DNA from: a virus
Lineage: Duplodnaviria > Caudoviricetes
Strand: one strand, 5' to 3'
IMG/VR virus record: IMGVR_UViG_3300036797_000054
Location: 1 to 64,000 of that record
DNA length: 64,000 nt
A program made the translations under genes and the position numbers. Position 1 is the first letter of the stretch. Each line of letters starts with the position of its first letter. Under the pieces are notes generated by a model. It did not search any database. It had not been told where the DNA came from and was given only the letters and a program-made list of their open reading frames with translations. Shown one piece after another: positions 42,300 through 52,319 of this stretch.

Positions 42300-42944
42300 A
42301 TGTCGGAGGCAACCGCCGAGCCGCGTAGCGCGGCAGATCACGCAGAGGCCGATGCAACAGCGGAGGGCGAGGAGGCAGCGCCCGGAGGCCACCTGGCCGA
42401 GCTCGGGCGCAAGGCGCGCGAGATGCGCGAGTCCGACGACAGCGACGTGCTGATCGTGGACGACGACGCGCTGGAGGCACGCGAGGCGGCCGCGTCGGGC
42501 AACGCCAGCGAGGACGACTGGGACTCGGTGACGGAGTGGCTGCTGGGCGACACCGTGGAAGCGATGACGCGCAAGCTGAGCATTCGCGTCGGAGGCACCG
42601 ATGACGAGCCGCGCATGATGCCCTGGATCATCAAAGCGATCCCGATCGACGTGATCCGCATGGCCGAGCGCGACGCCACCGGCAACCAGCAGGGCCAGCA
42701 GCGCCGCCGACGGCCCGCAGGCGCTCCGCGCTACGACGAGCTCAAGGCCAACCTGCGCGTGATCGTGGAGGGCACGGTCAAGCCCGACCTGAAGCAGGCG
42801 GCCCAGGAGGCGGGGATCGCTGACCCGACCGTACTGCTCCAGCGCCGTCTCGCGATGCGTGTCGGCGTCGTCGCGCAGATCGCGGGCGAGATCATGTCCC
42901 TGTCCGGCTTTGACGAGTCGGACGTGCAGGCTGCGGGAAACTGA
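42300..42944 (+). CDS. tail assembly chaperone (XkdN-like)
   Basis: IVEGTVKPDL, IMSLSGFD; ends in slippery GGGAAAC. Confidence 0.8.
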   Translation: MSEATAEPRSAADHAEADATAEGEEAAPGGHLAELGRKAREMRESDDSDVLIVDDDALEAREAAASGNASEDDWDSVTEWLLGDTVEAMTRKLSIRVGGTDDEPRMMPWIIKAIPIDVIRMAERDATGNQQGQQRRRRPAGAPRYDELKANLRVIVEGTVKPDLKQAAQEAGIADPTVLLQRRLAMRVGVVAQIAGEIMSLSGFDESDVQAAGN

Positions 42945-43195
42945 TCCGCGCTGGGCGTGAGGCCACGATGCTGTTCTACGTGTGGAAGGCGTCCGGCGCG
43001 GACCCGTACAAGCTGTACAACTCGCTCGGGGACGACTACAGGCCGCTGGCGGTGCCAGATGCTGAGCCGCGGCCTCCGCAGTTCCCCGAGCGAGTGCGGA
43101 CGTTCATCTACGCGTGTGGTCTACGCGTGCGCGAGCTGGAGCGGGAGGATGCTGATCGGCAGGCGATGCTGATCGCCAAGGCGATTGGAGGGTAG
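42935..43195 (+). CDS. -1 frameshift extension of tail assembly chaperone
   Basis: G GGA AAC (42935-42941) immediately before stop; the -1 frame is open (GKLIRAGREATMLFYVW...) to 43195. Confidence 0.8.
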   Translation, partial: GKLIRAGREATMLFYVWKASGADPYKLYNSLGDDYRPLAVPDAEPRPPQFPERVRTFIYACGLRVRELEREDADRQAMLIAKAIGG

Positions 43196-46100
43196 ATGGC
43201 GGCGACGGTCACTGGGGCTTTCGCCGTCATTGACCGCGCCTCGCGGCCGATCCGCCAGATTCGCGACTCGGCGATCGAGGCCGACGTTGCAGTCAAACGG
43301 CTCGGCGCTTCGCTGGACGAGCTCGGCACCCAGCGCCAGATTCAGATGCTCTCGAACACGGGCGAGAAGATTCGCTCGCTCGGCTCTGACACAGACTCGG
43401 CTGCCGAAGACGCTGAGCGCCTGAGCAAGCACCTGGAGGATGTCGGCGCTCCCAACCTCGCGCGGAACATCGACACGACCAACCGCTCGATCCAGAACAC
43501 CTCCTCGGTCACGCGCAGCGCCGAGCGCGATGTGAAAGCGATGCACGAAGAGATGGACGTGCTGGGCAAACGCACCGAGAAGACAGGCAGCCTGCTCGAT
43601 CGCCTGTCGGCCAAGCTGCCGGGCCTGCGCGCGGGCTTGATGGGAATGCTCGTGCCCATGATCGGCTTGGCCGCACAGGGCATTGGCGGCCTGCTGGCGG
43701 GGCTCACGTCGCTGCTGCCCAAGTTCGCGGACCTCGCTGGCCTGGCGGGGCCGCTGGGCATCGCGTTCACCGGGATGGGTGCGGCTGTGCTCACGGGCAA
43801 GCTCGCGTTCGAGGGGCTGTCCAAGGCGATGTCCGGCAATAAGAAAGCGATCGCCGAACTGACCCCGGAGGGGCGGCAGTTGGTGCAGACGCTAAAGCTC
43901 TACAAGCCGGTGCTGACCGAAATCCAGCGCTCGGCGCAACAGGGCCTGTTCCCCGGCCTCGACCAGTCGATCCGCCAGCTCGCGAGCGTGCGCCCCGTCT
44001 TGCAGCAGATCACGCGTGGGATGGGCTCGGCGCTCGGCGGCGTGGCGGCGAACCTCTCCGGGCAGATCAGCTCGCCGGGGTTCATCAACGACTTCCAAGA
44101 GATCGTCTCGGGCGGCCAGCGCAGCGCGACTCAGTTCGGCGCTGCGCTCGGCAACATGATGAACGTCGTCCGCAACTTCCTCGCCGCGGCGCTGCCGTTC
44201 ACCGACTGGCTGGGCAACACCGTCGTGGGTCTGACCGCGAGCGCCGCCCGCACGACCGAAATGGCGCGCGAGACGGGCAAGCTCAGCGATATGTTCGACC
44301 GCACCGAGCGTTCGGTGAGCACGTTCGGCTCGGTGCTGCACAACGTGTGGGACATCTTCCGCGCTATCGGCCACGCCTCGCGCGAGACGGGCGACACGAT
44401 TTGGGAATCGATCGACCGCACGACCAAGGGCTGGGCCGCGTTCCTGCAAGGGTCCCAGGGCCAGCGCGACATGCTCAGCTACTTCACGGCGATGCGCCCC
44501 GTGTTCGCCGATGCCTCCCATTTCCTTGGCGATCTCGTCAAGTCCCTCGGAGAGCTCTCGGTCGGGGGCGGCTTCACCAAAGCGATCAACGCCCTGGACG
44601 AAGCGCTGCCCACGCTGACCAAAGGGCTCGGCGAACTGTCCAGCGGCATCGGCGTCGAGCTCGTCGAAGGGCTCGCCAACGTCGTGACGCTGCTGGGCAC
44701 GCTCACCGGCGGGCAGGGTCCCGTCTCAATGTTCCTGCGCCTGCTGAATGGCGTATTGCGCACGATCAACGGGATCACTCACGCGGTGCCCGCGCTGGGC
44801 ACGCTGCTGGGCGCGGCTTTCACCGTCGTAGGGCTGAACGCGTTCGCGGGCAAGCTCAGCAGCCTCGGTGGACCGATCGGCTCGCTGGCGGCGAAATGGC
44901 GGGGGGTTGCGGTCGAGGCCAACGGCGCGGCCGCGGCCGAGGAGCGCGCGGCGGGCGCAGCTCGCGCCGGTGGCCTTGGTGGCGGCGTCGTGCCGGTCGG
45001 CGGCGCGGCCGCGGAGGAGGGCAGCCTGCGCAACTCCATGGCGGGGCTGAAACTGACCGGAACGGCGGCTCTCGTCGCAGGTGCGAAAGCGGTCCCCGGC
45101 ATGGCGCTGGGAGCGCTCGGCAGCTTGGCCGAGTTCGCCATCCCGCTGATGCTGATCAACGGGCTGCTCGGAGGTTTCGGCACGCAGGGCGGTGTCTCAG
45201 ACCGCGCGGCTGGCGTCCTGGGCGGCATGACGTTCGGCCTTAGCAAACTGCTCGGCGGCGCGTTCAATCCGGTGCACCTCACCGCCGCCGAAGCAAGCGA
45301 ACGCGGGCGAGCCTCGATCCTCTCCAACGCGGCGACAGGGCGCACCCAGTCCGCGCGGCTGAGCACCGGCGAGACGCGCTCGTTCGCGGGAGCGAAGCTG
45401 CCCGGATTCAACGCGGCGACCGGAGCGTTCACGGGGCAGGGGCTGAACAGCCGGATCGCGGGCAATCAAACCTTCACCCTGCGCGCGGCTCAGAAGGGCG
45501 ATGAACAGCAGCTCGCCCATCCGGGGAACATGAGCGGTGTGGCCCAGTCGTTCACTCGTGGGCAGCTCGCGGCCACGAGCGAAATCCTGCACGACTATGA
45601 ACGGTTCCAGGAGGAACAGGTCCAGAAAGCCCGTGACGCAGGCACGCGCATGGCGCAGGGCTTCTCCCAGGCGTACAACATCTACTCCCGCGCCAAAGGC
45701 CCGCAGCAGGCGTTCAAGCTGACCGCAAACGAAATGCTCGGGGACATCAGCCACCTGGGGCGCAACGGGCGCACCGCGATGGCCGAAGGTGTCCTGTCGT
45801 GGGCGCGCGAACTGGAGCGCTCAGAACCGAAACTGCGCGGGCCGATCAACTCGATGCTGCGCTCGATGGAATCGCGCTTTGACGATCTCGGTCAGCACAT
45901 CCGCATCGTCAACGGCGAAATCTTCACGGGCTCGGCAGCCAAGTGGAAAGAAATCGGCGAAGCGATCGAAAGCCCGGCGTTCAAGGCCGAATACCGCGTC
46001 CGGGGCGCGTTCTCGGGCATCTTCAAGGCCGCTGTGGCCCAGCTCGAAACTATGGGCTACACGGGTGCCGAAGCCAAAGCGATGATGAAGAACGTCGCTC

Positions 46101-47545
46101 ACGGCACCTCCAAGACCAGCGAATTCAGCACCGCCGACGCCAAGCAGAACCAGGCCACCTCGGCATTGATCCTGCCCGCGTCCGGCAAGCACAAAGGCAA
46201 AGCACGCGGAGGCCGTCTCATGGGCGAGGGACTGCACGACTCGGTGCCGCTATTCATGGGCATGGCCGCGCCCGGCGAGCTCATCGTCAACCGCCACACC
46301 GAGTCGCGCATCAATCGCAAACTGCGCCCCTACGGCACGAGCCTGGGTCACGAGGTCGAGCGCGAGAACTGGCCGCACAGCGCGCCGATGTTCCAGACCG
46401 GCGGCTTCGTCGCCGGACCTGGGACGAACTACTCGGTCGGGGAAGAGCCCGCGCTGGCGTCAGCGCTGAACCGCCTCGGTCACTATCTGCACCGCACGCT
46501 CACGGGGATCTCGGGCTACCGCTCGCCTGCGCACTCGGTCGCAGTCGGCGGCTTCGCCGATGACCCGCACACCGAAGGACGCGCCTCGGACACGATCGGC
46601 ACGGAAACCGTCCCCGAGTCAGTCCTGGAGAAATTCGGCATCACGCGGCCGTTCCCGGGCGCGGCCGAGGCCGACCACATGCAGCTCCTGCACTCGGTCG
46701 CGCGTGGCGGCTTGGCGGCCGGGGCCGTCGCCGCATCGGCCGGGGGCGTTGGCGGTGGACTCGCGCAGTCGATCAAACTGCGCCGCGCCAGCCTCGGCGC
46801 AGGCGCACCCGGCATCTTGGCGGCGACCGCGTACAACAGCATCGCGAGGGGGATGGAACAGCGGATCAACTCCTCGCTCGGCGGCAGTGGCGGCGGCATG
46901 ATCCCCGGCGGCCACGGCGGCGGCGGCTCGCCCTCGGCCAACGAACGCCTCGGGCGCACGATGATGGTCGCCTCGGGCTGGCCCGCGAGCCAATGGCCCT
47001 ACCTCCAGAAACTGTGGACGCAGGAGTCGGGCTGGAACGCCAACTCGGTCAACTCCAGCTCCGGTGCCTACGGCATCCCACAGGCGCTCGGCCACGGCCA
47101 CCCGTTCGCGCTCGGAGACGCGCGCGCGCAGATCAGTTGGGGACTGAATTACATCCGCGGCCGCTACGGCTCGCCCTCGGGCGCATGGGCGCACGAGACG
47201 TCCAACAACTGGTATGGGCTCGGCGGCCGACCGGCATGGGGCGGCTGGAACCAGCGCGGCGGTCGCGGGACGTTCAACCGCGCGACGCTGCTCGGCCTCG
47301 GCGAGGGCCACAACGCCGAGCACGTCAACATCACACCCCACGAGGAGCGCGCAGGCAGCGTCAACAGCGCAGGCGGCAAGGGCGGCGGCGGTGCACGCGC
47401 GGTGATCACCTTCGGCCCCGGCTCGATCGTGGTGCACGGCACCGACCGCAAAGCCGCGGATGAGATGGTCGAGCGCGTCATGGAGAAGCTGGCCGAGGCG
47501 CTGGAGAACATGGGCCTTGAGTCCGAGATAGGAGTCTCGCAATGA
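43196..47545 (+). CDS. tape measure protein with C-terminal M15-like peptidase and lytic transglycosylase domains
   Basis: 1449 aa, A/G-rich; ISGYRS..HS..VGG..H..GRASD; QESGWN..SSGAYGIPQAL..NYIRGRYG. Confidence 0.9.
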   Translation: MAATVTGAFAVIDRASRPIRQIRDSAIEADVAVKRLGASLDELGTQRQIQMLSNTGEKIRSLGSDTDSAAEDAERLSKHLEDVGAPNLARNIDTTNRSIQNTSSVTRSAERDVKAMHEEMDVLGKRTEKTGSLLDRLSAKLPGLRAGLMGMLVPMIGLAAQGIGGLLAGLTSLLPKFADLAGLAGPLGIAFTGMGAAVLTGKLAFEGLSKAMSGNKKAIAELTPEGRQLVQTLKLYKPVLTEIQRSAQQGLFPGLDQSIRQLASVRPVLQQITRGMGSALGGVAANLSGQISSPGFINDFQEIVSGGQRSATQFGAALGNMMNVVRNFLAAALPFTDWLGNTVVGLTASAARTTEMARETGKLSDMFDRTERSVSTFGSVLHNVWDIFRAIGHASRETGDTIWESIDRTTKGWAAFLQGSQGQRDMLSYFTAMRPVFADASHFLGDLVKSLGELSVGGGFTKAINALDEALPTLTKGLGELSSGIGVELVEGLANVVTLLGTLTGGQGPVSMFLRLLNGVLRTINGITHAVPALGTLLGAAFTVVGLNAFAGKLSSLGGPIGSLAAKWRGVAVEANGAAAAEERAAGAARAGGLGGGVVPVGGAAAEEGSLRNSMAGLKLTGTAALVAGAKAVPGMALGALGSLAEFAIPLMLINGLLGGFGTQGGVSDRAAGVLGGMTFGLSKLLGGAFNPVHLTAAEASERGRASILSNAATGRTQSARLSTGETRSFAGAKLPGFNAATGAFTGQGLNSRIAGNQTFTLRAAQKGDEQQLAHPGNMSGVAQSFTRGQLAATSEILHDYERFQEEQVQKARDAGTRMAQGFSQAYNIYSRAKGPQQAFKLTANEMLGDISHLGRNGRTAMAEGVLSWARELERSEPKLRGPINSMLRSMESRFDDLGQHIRIVNGEIFTGSAAKWKEIGEAIESPAFKAEYRVRGAFSGIFKAAVAQLETMGYTGAEAKAMMKNVAHGTSKTSEFSTADAKQNQATSALILPASGKHKGKARGGRLMGEGLHDSVPLFMGMAAPGELIVNRHTESRINRKLRPYGTSLGHEVERENWPHSAPMFQTGGFVAGPGTNYSVGEEPALASALNRLGHYLHRTLTGISGYRSPAHSVAVGGFADDPHTEGRASDTIGTETVPESVLEKFGITRPFPGAAEADHMQLLHSVARGGLAAGAVAASAGGVGGGLAQSIKLRRASLGAGAPGILAATAYNSIARGMEQRINSSLGGSGGGMIPGGHGGGGSPSANERLGRTMMVASGWPASQWPYLQKLWTQESGWNANSVNSSSGAYGIPQALGHGHPFALGDARAQISWGLNYIRGRYGSPSGAWAHETSNNWYGLGGRPAWGGWNQRGGRGTFNRATLLGLGEGHNAEHVNITPHEERAGSVNSAGGKGGGGARAVITFGPGSIVVHGTDRKAADEMVERVMEKLAEALENMGLESEIGVSQ

Positions 47546-48399
47546 CGTTCGTGAAGGTCGGAGGCGTGCTGGTCAACGACAAGGGGCTGCCGCTCACGGC
47601 AGTCTCCAAGCCGACGACGATCTTCAAGCGCTCAGACACGCCGTTTGAAGGCGGAGGCACCGAAGTCACCTTGCAGGCCGAACCGGGCTACACCAAATCC
47701 GGCTTTCTCGGCGTGCCGTTCCGCTTTCAGGTGCCGCCGCTGGACAACATCCAGAAGACGCGCGGGCACAACTGGCAGGGCTACATGGTCACGGGCGGCG
47801 CAGACGGGCCAAAGGAACGCTCGCGCTCGGAAGGGCCGAAGCTCCAGACGGTCACGTTCAAGGCGATCGTGCTCAACTGGGAGCCCTCTTGGCAGGTGTG
47901 GTCGCCCGATGAACTGGAGCCCCAGCTTGCCGCGGCCGAACTAGAAGAGCTCGTCAAGCGCGGCATCAAGTTCCGCCTGCGCATCCGTAACGCCGAACTG
48001 TACGACTACGACGACGTGAACATGCTCGCGGCGATGACGCAGGCCGATGTCACCGAGGAAGCGGGCGAGCCGGACGCGCGCTACATCCAGTGCGGCTTTC
48101 AGGAATGGGACCCCACCGAGGTCGAACGCAAGGCGCTGAAAAACACGATCGGCCCGTGGAGCCACAAGGTCGTCGCCGGTGACTCCCTCTACACGCTCAG
48201 CCAGCACTACTACAAGACGAATACGCTGTGGAAGCTCATCGCCGCGGCGAACCACCTCACGAGCTATCCGCCCTCGCAGCCGCTGTTCGTCGGCAACGTC
48301 AAGTCGCACAAAGTGCTGAAGATTCCGGCCAAGCCCGCGAGCGCGTCCACGATCAGCGCCAACGGCGAACGTCAGACCACGGCGATCGTGCTGCCCTGA
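47542..48399 (+). CDS. LysM-domain tail/baseplate protein (XkdP-like)
   Basis: HKVVAGDSLYTLSQHYY..WKLIAAAN..VLKIP. Confidence 0.85.
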   Translation: MTFVKVGGVLVNDKGLPLTAVSKPTTIFKRSDTPFEGGGTEVTLQAEPGYTKSGFLGVPFRFQVPPLDNIQKTRGHNWQGYMVTGGADGPKERSRSEGPKLQTVTFKAIVLNWEPSWQVWSPDELEPQLAAAELEELVKRGIKFRLRIRNAELYDYDDVNMLAAMTQADVTEEAGEPDARYIQCGFQEWDPTEVERKALKNTIGPWSHKVVAGDSLYTLSQHYYKTNTLWKLIAAANHLTSYPPSQPLFVGNVKSHKVLKIPAKPASASTISANGERQTTAIVLP

Positions 48400-49652
48400 T
48401 GGCGAGCTCGCAATCACAACGGCGCTCGGAGCCAGCATCGTCGCTGTACAAGTTCGCAGCGCCGCCGCTGATCCTCGGCGACGAGCGCTTCAAGCTCACG
48501 GCCAAGCCTCTCGGCAAGGGCGACGAAACGCCGCTCGATGATCTCACCACGAGCTTTAGCTGGGAAGATCAGAACGCGGAAATGACTGGGCAGATCGCGC
48601 TGACCGATCCCAGTGGCAAGGTCAAGTTGCTCCAGGGTCAGCAGATCGCGTGCCAGTTCTCCGAACACGCTGATGGGCCGTTCGGCAAGCTCTGGACGCT
48701 GAAGGTGCTCGAACCGGGCACGAGCCTGCAAGCGCAGGCGATCAGCGGCTCGCTCGCGAGCGACCTGTCCGAGGTCAACAAGGGCACCGAGAACTACTCC
48801 TACCGCAAGGGTAAGTCCCACCCCAAGGGCTGGACCGCCGATCAGATCGCGCGCAACGTCGAGTCGCGCACGCACATCCCGATCGGCAAGCTCGCCACCT
48901 GCACACACAAAATCACGAATCTCGTTGTGCATGGCGCGAAGCCACTGGACGTGATCGTGCGTGCCTACCGCGCCGAGCGCGTCGCGACCGGCCGCCTGTT
49001 CTTCCTCTACTGGGACGGCCGCCTGAACATCGTGCCGCTTACGCACTCGGCTGACCTCTTGCTGTTCGCCGGTGCGCTGATCGACGCGCAGCTCCAGCAG
49101 AAACTGCGCTCGGACTTCGCCACAGCGATCACGGTGCGCGCCACCACCAAGGGCAAGGAGCGCACGACCAAAACCGGCAAAAAAACGAAAGTGAAGCGGT
49201 CCTCGAAAAAGATCAGCGTCACGGTCAAGAACAACGCCGGGATCAAGCTCTACGGCTACGTGCACCGCCAGGTGACAGCCCCCGATGCGCACACCATCGC
49301 CCAGGCCAAGAAGTACGGCCAGAACCTGCTGAACAAGGTGATCAAGCCCGAACGCATCTTGGAAGTGACGGTGCCGGTGCGTCCCACACTCAAACGCGGC
49401 AACGCGTTCAAGATCGGCTGGGCCTCGCAGGGCGTTACGCAAGTCTGCTATGTCGCGGGCCTCTCGCACAACGTCGCGCCCGGCAACATGACCACGACGA
49501 TCACCGCGGCGTTCACCGATCCAGTCAAGGACGCGCAGAAGGAAGCCGATGCCGCCAAACGTGCGGCCAAGGCCAAGGAACGCGGCCGCACTCCTGACAG
49601 CTCCAATCCCCCTGCGGGTAGCAGCAGCTCGCAGTCGAAACGGAGGTCGTGA
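48399..49652 (+). CDS. baseplate hub protein (XkdQ-like)
   Basis: Position, size, KGWTADQIAR, IKLYG. Confidence 0.75.
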   Translation: MASSQSQRRSEPASSLYKFAAPPLILGDERFKLTAKPLGKGDETPLDDLTTSFSWEDQNAEMTGQIALTDPSGKVKLLQGQQIACQFSEHADGPFGKLWTLKVLEPGTSLQAQAISGSLASDLSEVNKGTENYSYRKGKSHPKGWTADQIARNVESRTHIPIGKLATCTHKITNLVVHGAKPLDVIVRAYRAERVATGRLFFLYWDGRLNIVPLTHSADLLLFAGALIDAQLQQKLRSDFATAITVRATTKGKERTTKTGKKTKVKRSSKKISVTVKNNAGIKLYGYVHRQVTAPDAHTIAQAKKYGQNLLNKVIKPERILEVTVPVRPTLKRGNAFKIGWASQGVTQVCYVAGLSHNVAPGNMTTTITAAFTDPVKDAQKEADAAKRAAKAKERGRTPDSSNPPAGSSSSQSKRRS

Positions 49653-50293
49653 TGTACGAGCACTTGGCGGTCGGTCCTACGCAGCCGGTGCGCGTGCTCG
49701 TCGCGGGCTCGGAGCGGCGCATCAACGTCACGATCGTGAACGTCGGCCAGCAGGTCATTGAACTGCTCGATGACCCCCACGGCGAAGCGGGGAGTGGGTT
49801 CCCGCTCATCCCCGGCGCGGAATGGGTGTCCAACTGCTCTGGCCGCGCCCAGCTTTGGGCGATCGCCGCCAACGGCGTTGCGGGCTCGCTCGCCGTCTCG
49901 CGTGTCGTAGCCGAACGCGACATCCTCAAATGGGGATTCAAGGGGCCGGTGGACGACATGATGCTGGCGCGGCTGCCGTTCTATGAAGCCCAGGAAGCCC
50001 TCCGCGGCGCGCGCCAGAGTGGCACCGCGCGCTTTGCGAGCTGCGAGTGGCACGGGGCCTCTCAGTACGGAGATCCCGAGCGCACATCGTTCGCGATGGT
50101 CGATGAAAGCGGGCCGCTTGGCGAACTGGTGGGCGAGCGCATCGTGGTGAGCTTCGAGGGCCGCCAGGTCTATGCCTACGTGCACCGCAGCACGCAGCTC
50201 GACGCCGAGATGAGCCTCAACCGCCGTGCGTTCATGGCGCTGGCTCCGCTGTCGGCAGATGCGCTCAGCGTCGCTATCGCAGTGGTGCTCTGA
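49649..50293 (+). CDS. two-domain baseplate-region protein with C-terminal RlpA-like double-psi beta-barrel
   Basis: ASCEWHG..VGERIVVSFEGRQV..MSLNRRAFMALAPL..LSV; N-terminus resembles 10458-10736. Confidence 0.55.
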   Translation: MMYEHLAVGPTQPVRVLVAGSERRINVTIVNVGQQVIELLDDPHGEAGSGFPLIPGAEWVSNCSGRAQLWAIAANGVAGSLAVSRVVAERDILKWGFKGPVDDMMLARLPFYEAQEALRGARQSGTARFASCEWHGASQYGDPERTSFAMVDESGPLGELVGERIVVSFEGRQVYAYVHRSTQLDAEMSLNRRAFMALAPLSADALSVAIAVVL

Positions 50294-50718
50294 TGCCAGG
50301 CGGGCGCGAACGCATGGAAGATGCGATGCGCTCGACGCTGCGCCACGCCGTGGACTACCACGGCCACGAGGGCCGCTCGCACCTGGCCGACGTGCTCGCA
50401 CCGGGACCACCGATGATTGCCGAGGTGCACGACTCGAACATCGAATTGGAAGAGGACGACAACCTCTATCTCAGCCAGGCGGTGCGCCAGTACCACGCCG
50501 ACTACGGGCTCGAAGAGGGCGACAACATCGTCGTGACGATGATCGGCGACGGCGTCTGGCACGCCACGGCCGTGTTCAGCGACAACGACGTGGTGACTGG
50601 CTCCAAACCGGAAGCGCGGCCGCCTGCGCGCATGTCCGCGAGGGCGGCGCGAGCTCGCCATGCGCGTGCCCTGCAAGTACAGGCTGCTGCCGCCGCTCGA
50701 CGTAGGCTGCGCCCATGA
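50293..50718 (+). CDS. probable baseplate spike/OB-fold protein (XkdR-like)
   Basis: LADVLAPGP..GLEEGDNIVV; position. Confidence 0.55.
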   Translation: MPGGRERMEDAMRSTLRHAVDYHGHEGRSHLADVLAPGPPMIAEVHDSNIELEEDDNLYLSQAVRQYHADYGLEEGDNIVVTMIGDGVWHATAVFSDNDVVTGSKPEARPPARMSARAARARHARALQVQAAAAARRRLRP

Positions 50719-51764
50719 GATTCCACGTCGCCAGCCTGCCGCATACCTCCACGACCCGCGAGTTCTCGTGGTGCGCCTACACCGAGAAGGTGCGCAAGTT
50801 CGCCACGATGATGACGCGCCGCGGTCACACGGTCTACCTGTACGACTCGGGCGTCACCGATGCCGAGTGCGAGGAGAGCGTCGCCGTCGTGAAGCCACCG
50901 GCCGACGCGAGCGTCACCGAGCCCGAGTGGACCGAGCAGTATTGGGCTCCGATGAACCACCGCGCGATCGCGGCGATCGCCGAGCGCATCGAGCGGCGGG
51001 ACTTCATCTGCATCATCGGCGGCAACTGCCAGCAGGTCATCGCCCAGGCATTCCCCAACCATATGTCGGTCGAGTTCGGCATCGGCTACGAAGGCACGTT
51101 CTCGCCCTACCGGGTGTTCGAGAGCTACGCCTGGATGCACACGGTCTACGGCGCGCAGCAGGGCGCGCTCGGCTCCAACGGCAAGTTCTACGACGAGGTG
51201 ATCCCCAACTACTTCGAGGTCGAGCAGTTTCCATCCGGAATAGGTGGAAACTACCTGCTGTACGTCGGTCGCCTCATCAAGCGCAAGGGCGTCGAGATCG
51301 CCGTGGAGACGGCCAAGCGCACCGGCATGAAGCTGATCCTTGCAGGACAAGGAGATTCCCCACCCCATGGCGAACACGTAGGCGTCGTCGGTCCAGAGCG
51401 GCGCGCTGAGCTCATGGGAGGGGCGCGCGCGCTGCTCTGCCCGACGATCTACGTTGAGCCGTTCGGCGGCGTGGCCGTTGAGGCGCAGATGTGCGGGACG
51501 CCGGTGATCACCACCGATTGGGGCGCGTTCACCGAGACGGTGGAGCAGGGAGTCTCGGGCTTTCGCTGCCGCACCATGGAGCAATTCACCGCCGCCGCCC
51601 GCGCCGCTGGCGATCTGGATCGCGAGTTCATCCGTGCCCGCGCGATCGACCTGTACTCCACCGGCGTCATCGCCCGCCAGTACGAGGAGTATTTCACGCG
51701 CCTGCTGGGGTTGTTCGAGGACGGATTCCTTGCCTACGGCCCCGATGACGTGCGCGAGTCGTGA
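50715..51764 (+). CDS. glycosyltransferase, GT-B fold (GT4-like)
   Basis: YLLYVGRLIKRKG, EPFGGVAVEAQMCGTPVI (EX7E). Confidence 0.9.
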   Translation: MRFHVASLPHTSTTREFSWCAYTEKVRKFATMMTRRGHTVYLYDSGVTDAECEESVAVVKPPADASVTEPEWTEQYWAPMNHRAIAAIAERIERRDFICIIGGNCQQVIAQAFPNHMSVEFGIGYEGTFSPYRVFESYAWMHTVYGAQQGALGSNGKFYDEVIPNYFEVEQFPSGIGGNYLLYVGRLIKRKGVEIAVETAKRTGMKLILAGQGDSPPHGEHVGVVGPERRAELMGGARALLCPTIYVEPFGGVAVEAQMCGTPVITTDWGAFTETVEQGVSGFRCRTMEQFTAAARAAGDLDREFIRARAIDLYSTGVIARQYEEYFTRLLGLFEDGFLAYGPDDVRES

Positions 51765-51785
51765 CGACAGATTCCCGATGGGAAG

Positions 51786-52319
51786 ATGGCTGACGTGGCC
51801 GAGAGCCAGACACCCGAACCGATCCCACCTGTCCCGGAACCCGAGCAGGAAGGCGTAGTCGAGCCGACCAACGAAGATGCGCTCGCGACGGTCATTGTCG
51901 AGGACGAACCGCTACCGCCGCTCGGGCGCACCTGGGCGTTCGACCTCAAGAAGGATGAATTCGTGCGCGTGGGTGCGCGTGGGCCGCGGGCGATCTTCGG
52001 TGCGATCACGCTCTTGCAGTGGATCGACAAGTGCCTGCACACCGCCCGCGGAGCGCTGCCGATCCATCCACCCGAGTACGGGATGCAGGACCCATTTGTG
52101 ATCTTCGGGCGGCCGATCAGAGAGTTGAGCGTGCAGGAGCTGCAACGCCAGATCGAGGATGCGCTGACGTTCCACCCGCGCATCGCCGCCGTCGTGAACT
52201 TGCAGCTCACGCGCGAAGATGACCGCGGCTACTGCACGTTCCAGGTCCAGACCGAACCACCGCTGGATGAAGACGAACTGCTCTCGATCCGGCTCGACGT
52301 AGGAGAGGGGATCGTCTGA
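51786..52319 (+). CDS. baseplate wedge protein (XkdS/DUF2634, gp25-like)
   Basis: TWAFD, QWIDKCLHTAR..EYG, IEDALTFHPRI. Confidence 0.8.
   Translation: MADVAESQTPEPIPPVPEPEQEGVVEPTNEDALATVIVEDEPLPPLGRTWAFDLKKDEFVRVGARGPRAIFGAITLLQWIDKCLHTARGALPIHPPEYGMQDPFVIFGRPIRELSVQELQRQIEDALTFHPRIAAVVNLQLTREDDRGYCTFQVQTEPPLDEDELLSIRLDVGEGIV

Noticed and set aside
51767-51797. ACAG-N11-GAAGAT 7 nt before an in-frame GTG 51795
   Set aside because: Both elements deviate from consensus; too weak to call
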